Positions 62,151 to 64,000 of a stretch of DNA of 64,000 bases are shown here, piece by piece. How positions within the stretch are numbered: position 1 is the first letter of the stretch; each line of letters begins with the position of its first letter. Origin of the DNA: Tricharina praecox (taxonomy: Eukaryota); contig NW_026250436.1 in NCBI RefSeq assembly GCF_024521635.1, forward strand, positions 62,001 through 126,000, in the 5' to 3' direction. Below the pieces are notes generated by a model. That model searched no databases. It was not told the origin of the DNA and saw only the letters and a list, made by a program, of their open reading frames with translations. Position numbers and translations under genes: made by a program.

Positions 62151-64000
62151 CGAGACCGGGAGCGGAAGCTCGCCCTCCCAACGCGGCCGGGGGGTCGGCG
62201 GGTGGCTTGGGCTTGGGCTTGGGCTTAGCAGCAGGGCAAAAGTCTTCTCGATCATTCCCGCACGTCTGGATTCGTCCCCGGAATCAGGATTCATCTTTCG
62301 CCAGCCAGCGACGTGCTATATGCGTACTGCGTGCAGCGCGATGACGATGAGCATTCATCTTCACCTTTCTACAGATACTATTTTACGCTGCGCTGTACAT
62401 AGTACAGTGTACATATTGCATCCTGCTTCGCGAACCACGAGTGAGGAGAGGGAGGGGGACGAGGACGGGGTGGGATGAATGAGTGGACAGCCAGTCCTGC
62501 CTGCCAGTCCTGCCAGTCCTGCAGGGAGGACCAGAAGCATCATCCACCCACTCATCCATTCAAACCAGCCAATCCACCCATCACGGTGGGTGTGGGAGGA
62601 AGTGCGATACCTCTTCTCTTCCCACCGCGTCCCGCAGGCCCCTCCACCCGCCCCCCGCCCCGCCGTGCCCCGCAAAGCAAAAAAACGTACGTACATATGT
62701 ATGTACGCATGTACTGTACATGCTGCAGCGCCATGCCATGCCGGCCATGCCATGCCGTGCCATGCGTTTTGCTCGTGTCCGAGGACGTAGACGTACCTAT
62801 CAAGGAGGCGTATGTATAGTGTACCGTACACATGTGCGTCAACCATCTCCATCCCCCGCCCCGCCCCCTGACCCCCGGTCCAGCACAGAACCGTGAGGAG
62901 TGCAGCAGCAGCAGCAGTGCGGGGAAACCGAAAGACGCAGCTCGCAGCTCTTCACGTCTCTCCGCGATGGATGGATGGATGGATGGACGGCTCTGGTAAC
63001 CAACCACGGATGCAGTGTCCATCATCCCCCAGGCCCCCCGGAGGCCCGGTCTGGCCATCATGATTTCATGATATCGCCTGCCACTCGTATCAGATGGCGA
63101 TACCTATACCTAGTAGGCTGGCTGGCTGGCTGACTGACTGACTGGATGGATATACTTATCTATCTATCTATCTATGGCGTCCGTCTGGGGATTTATTCCG
63201 TTTGGTTTCTTTGCATGTGCGCGGTGATTATGGTGGATATGGAGGTGGAGGTGGTGGTGACGGTGGTGGTGGTGTGGACGCAATATCCAGATCCTGTCAG
63301 CGAAACGAAACAAGCGGGCCAATGATAAGGATGCGCCGCCGTTCCGTCGCAGGAAAAGAAAAGCGAAGCTGCCGTGAACGGAAGGAAAAGAAAACAAAAC
63401 AAAAAGAAAGAAAGAAAGAAGGAAAAAAAAAACTGGAAATCATTTATTTGAAGTTGCTATCGGCGCGCTGTACACTCTAACTCTCTAACTGCTATGATAG
63501 AGCAGGGAGGAGATATCCGTTATTGGTTCGTTGTTCCTTCCTTCGTTCGTTCTTGCATTTGTTGCATTTGTTGCGTTCGTTTCCCTCGCTCGCTCGGCCG
63601 CGGCGGCGGGCATGTAATCGCGCGCGCGGTCGAAATATCTGGCATCTGCCTGGGTATGGTAGATAGAGGGGGAAGTGGATTTGCGCCGAATAGAGTAGAT
63701 TGCATTGCATGCTCGCACCTGCTCAGCTCATCATCATCATCCTCATCATCGCTTCGGGCGATATCTACACACATTCGATCACGCGCAAAATAATAATATA
63801 GACTTCCGATATTCGACATTCGATATCACGACATCAATTCTTGGTATTGTTTTATGTATTACCGGTTGTATTATTAATCGAATCGAATCATGAATGGCGC
63901 ATGGCATCACCACCACCACCACCACAACGGAGTGTAGAGAAAGAAAGGGAACTTCGCCGTCCAGCCACCACCCAACCAACCTCCCACCCGCCTGCGGCGT

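Larger units (their letters stand above)
38069..64000. other. Non-coding tract of 26 kb or more upstream of the CBM21 gene
   Basis: No ORF with a recognisable domain or codon bias. Dense SSRs, alternating purine- and pyrimidine-rich blocks, and CpG retained. Confidence 0.7.

Noticed and set aside
21081..64000. Transposon or centromere explanation for the desert
   Set aside because: No AT-rich RIP-type sequence, no TE protein motifs and no long terminal or inverted repeats were visible by eye. Very old relics cannot be excluded.

Overview
Eukaryotic DNA from a filamentous ascomycete (Pezizomycotina; Pezizomycetes plausible but not provable here), shown by short GT-AG introns with CTRAC/CTRAT branch points. 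The window has two very different halves. Bases 1-21080 are gene-dense with 11 genes: NUP82 (partial), CBC2/CBP20, SND2/TMEM208, BFR1-like, an orphan 383-aa ORF, the mitochondrial SAM carrier PET8/SAM5, the sulfur-controller F-box/WD40 protein SconB/Met30, ATG17, a probable augmin subunit HAUS3, SRP receptor beta and TLG2. Bases 21081-64000 hold one recognisable gene, a CBM21 PP1 glycogen-targeting subunit, between a 14.7-kb and a 26-kb or longer non-coding tract. These tracts are rich in microsatellites and long G/C homopolymers and show no recognisable transposon ORFs. The strongest unexplained signal is the octamer TAGAGTAC/GTACTCTA, read by eye 31 times in that 43 kb against about 1.3 expected by chance, and not seen in coding sequence. 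Also notable are an indel-free 94-bp element present three times between PET8 and SconB, CYS3-like sites and a single Met/Cys uORF around this sulfur gene pair, and intron-like signals suggesting unannotated spliced transcripts in the desert. All gene identities come from remembered family motifs, not database searches. No rRNA, tRNA, CRISPR or intact mobile element was found.
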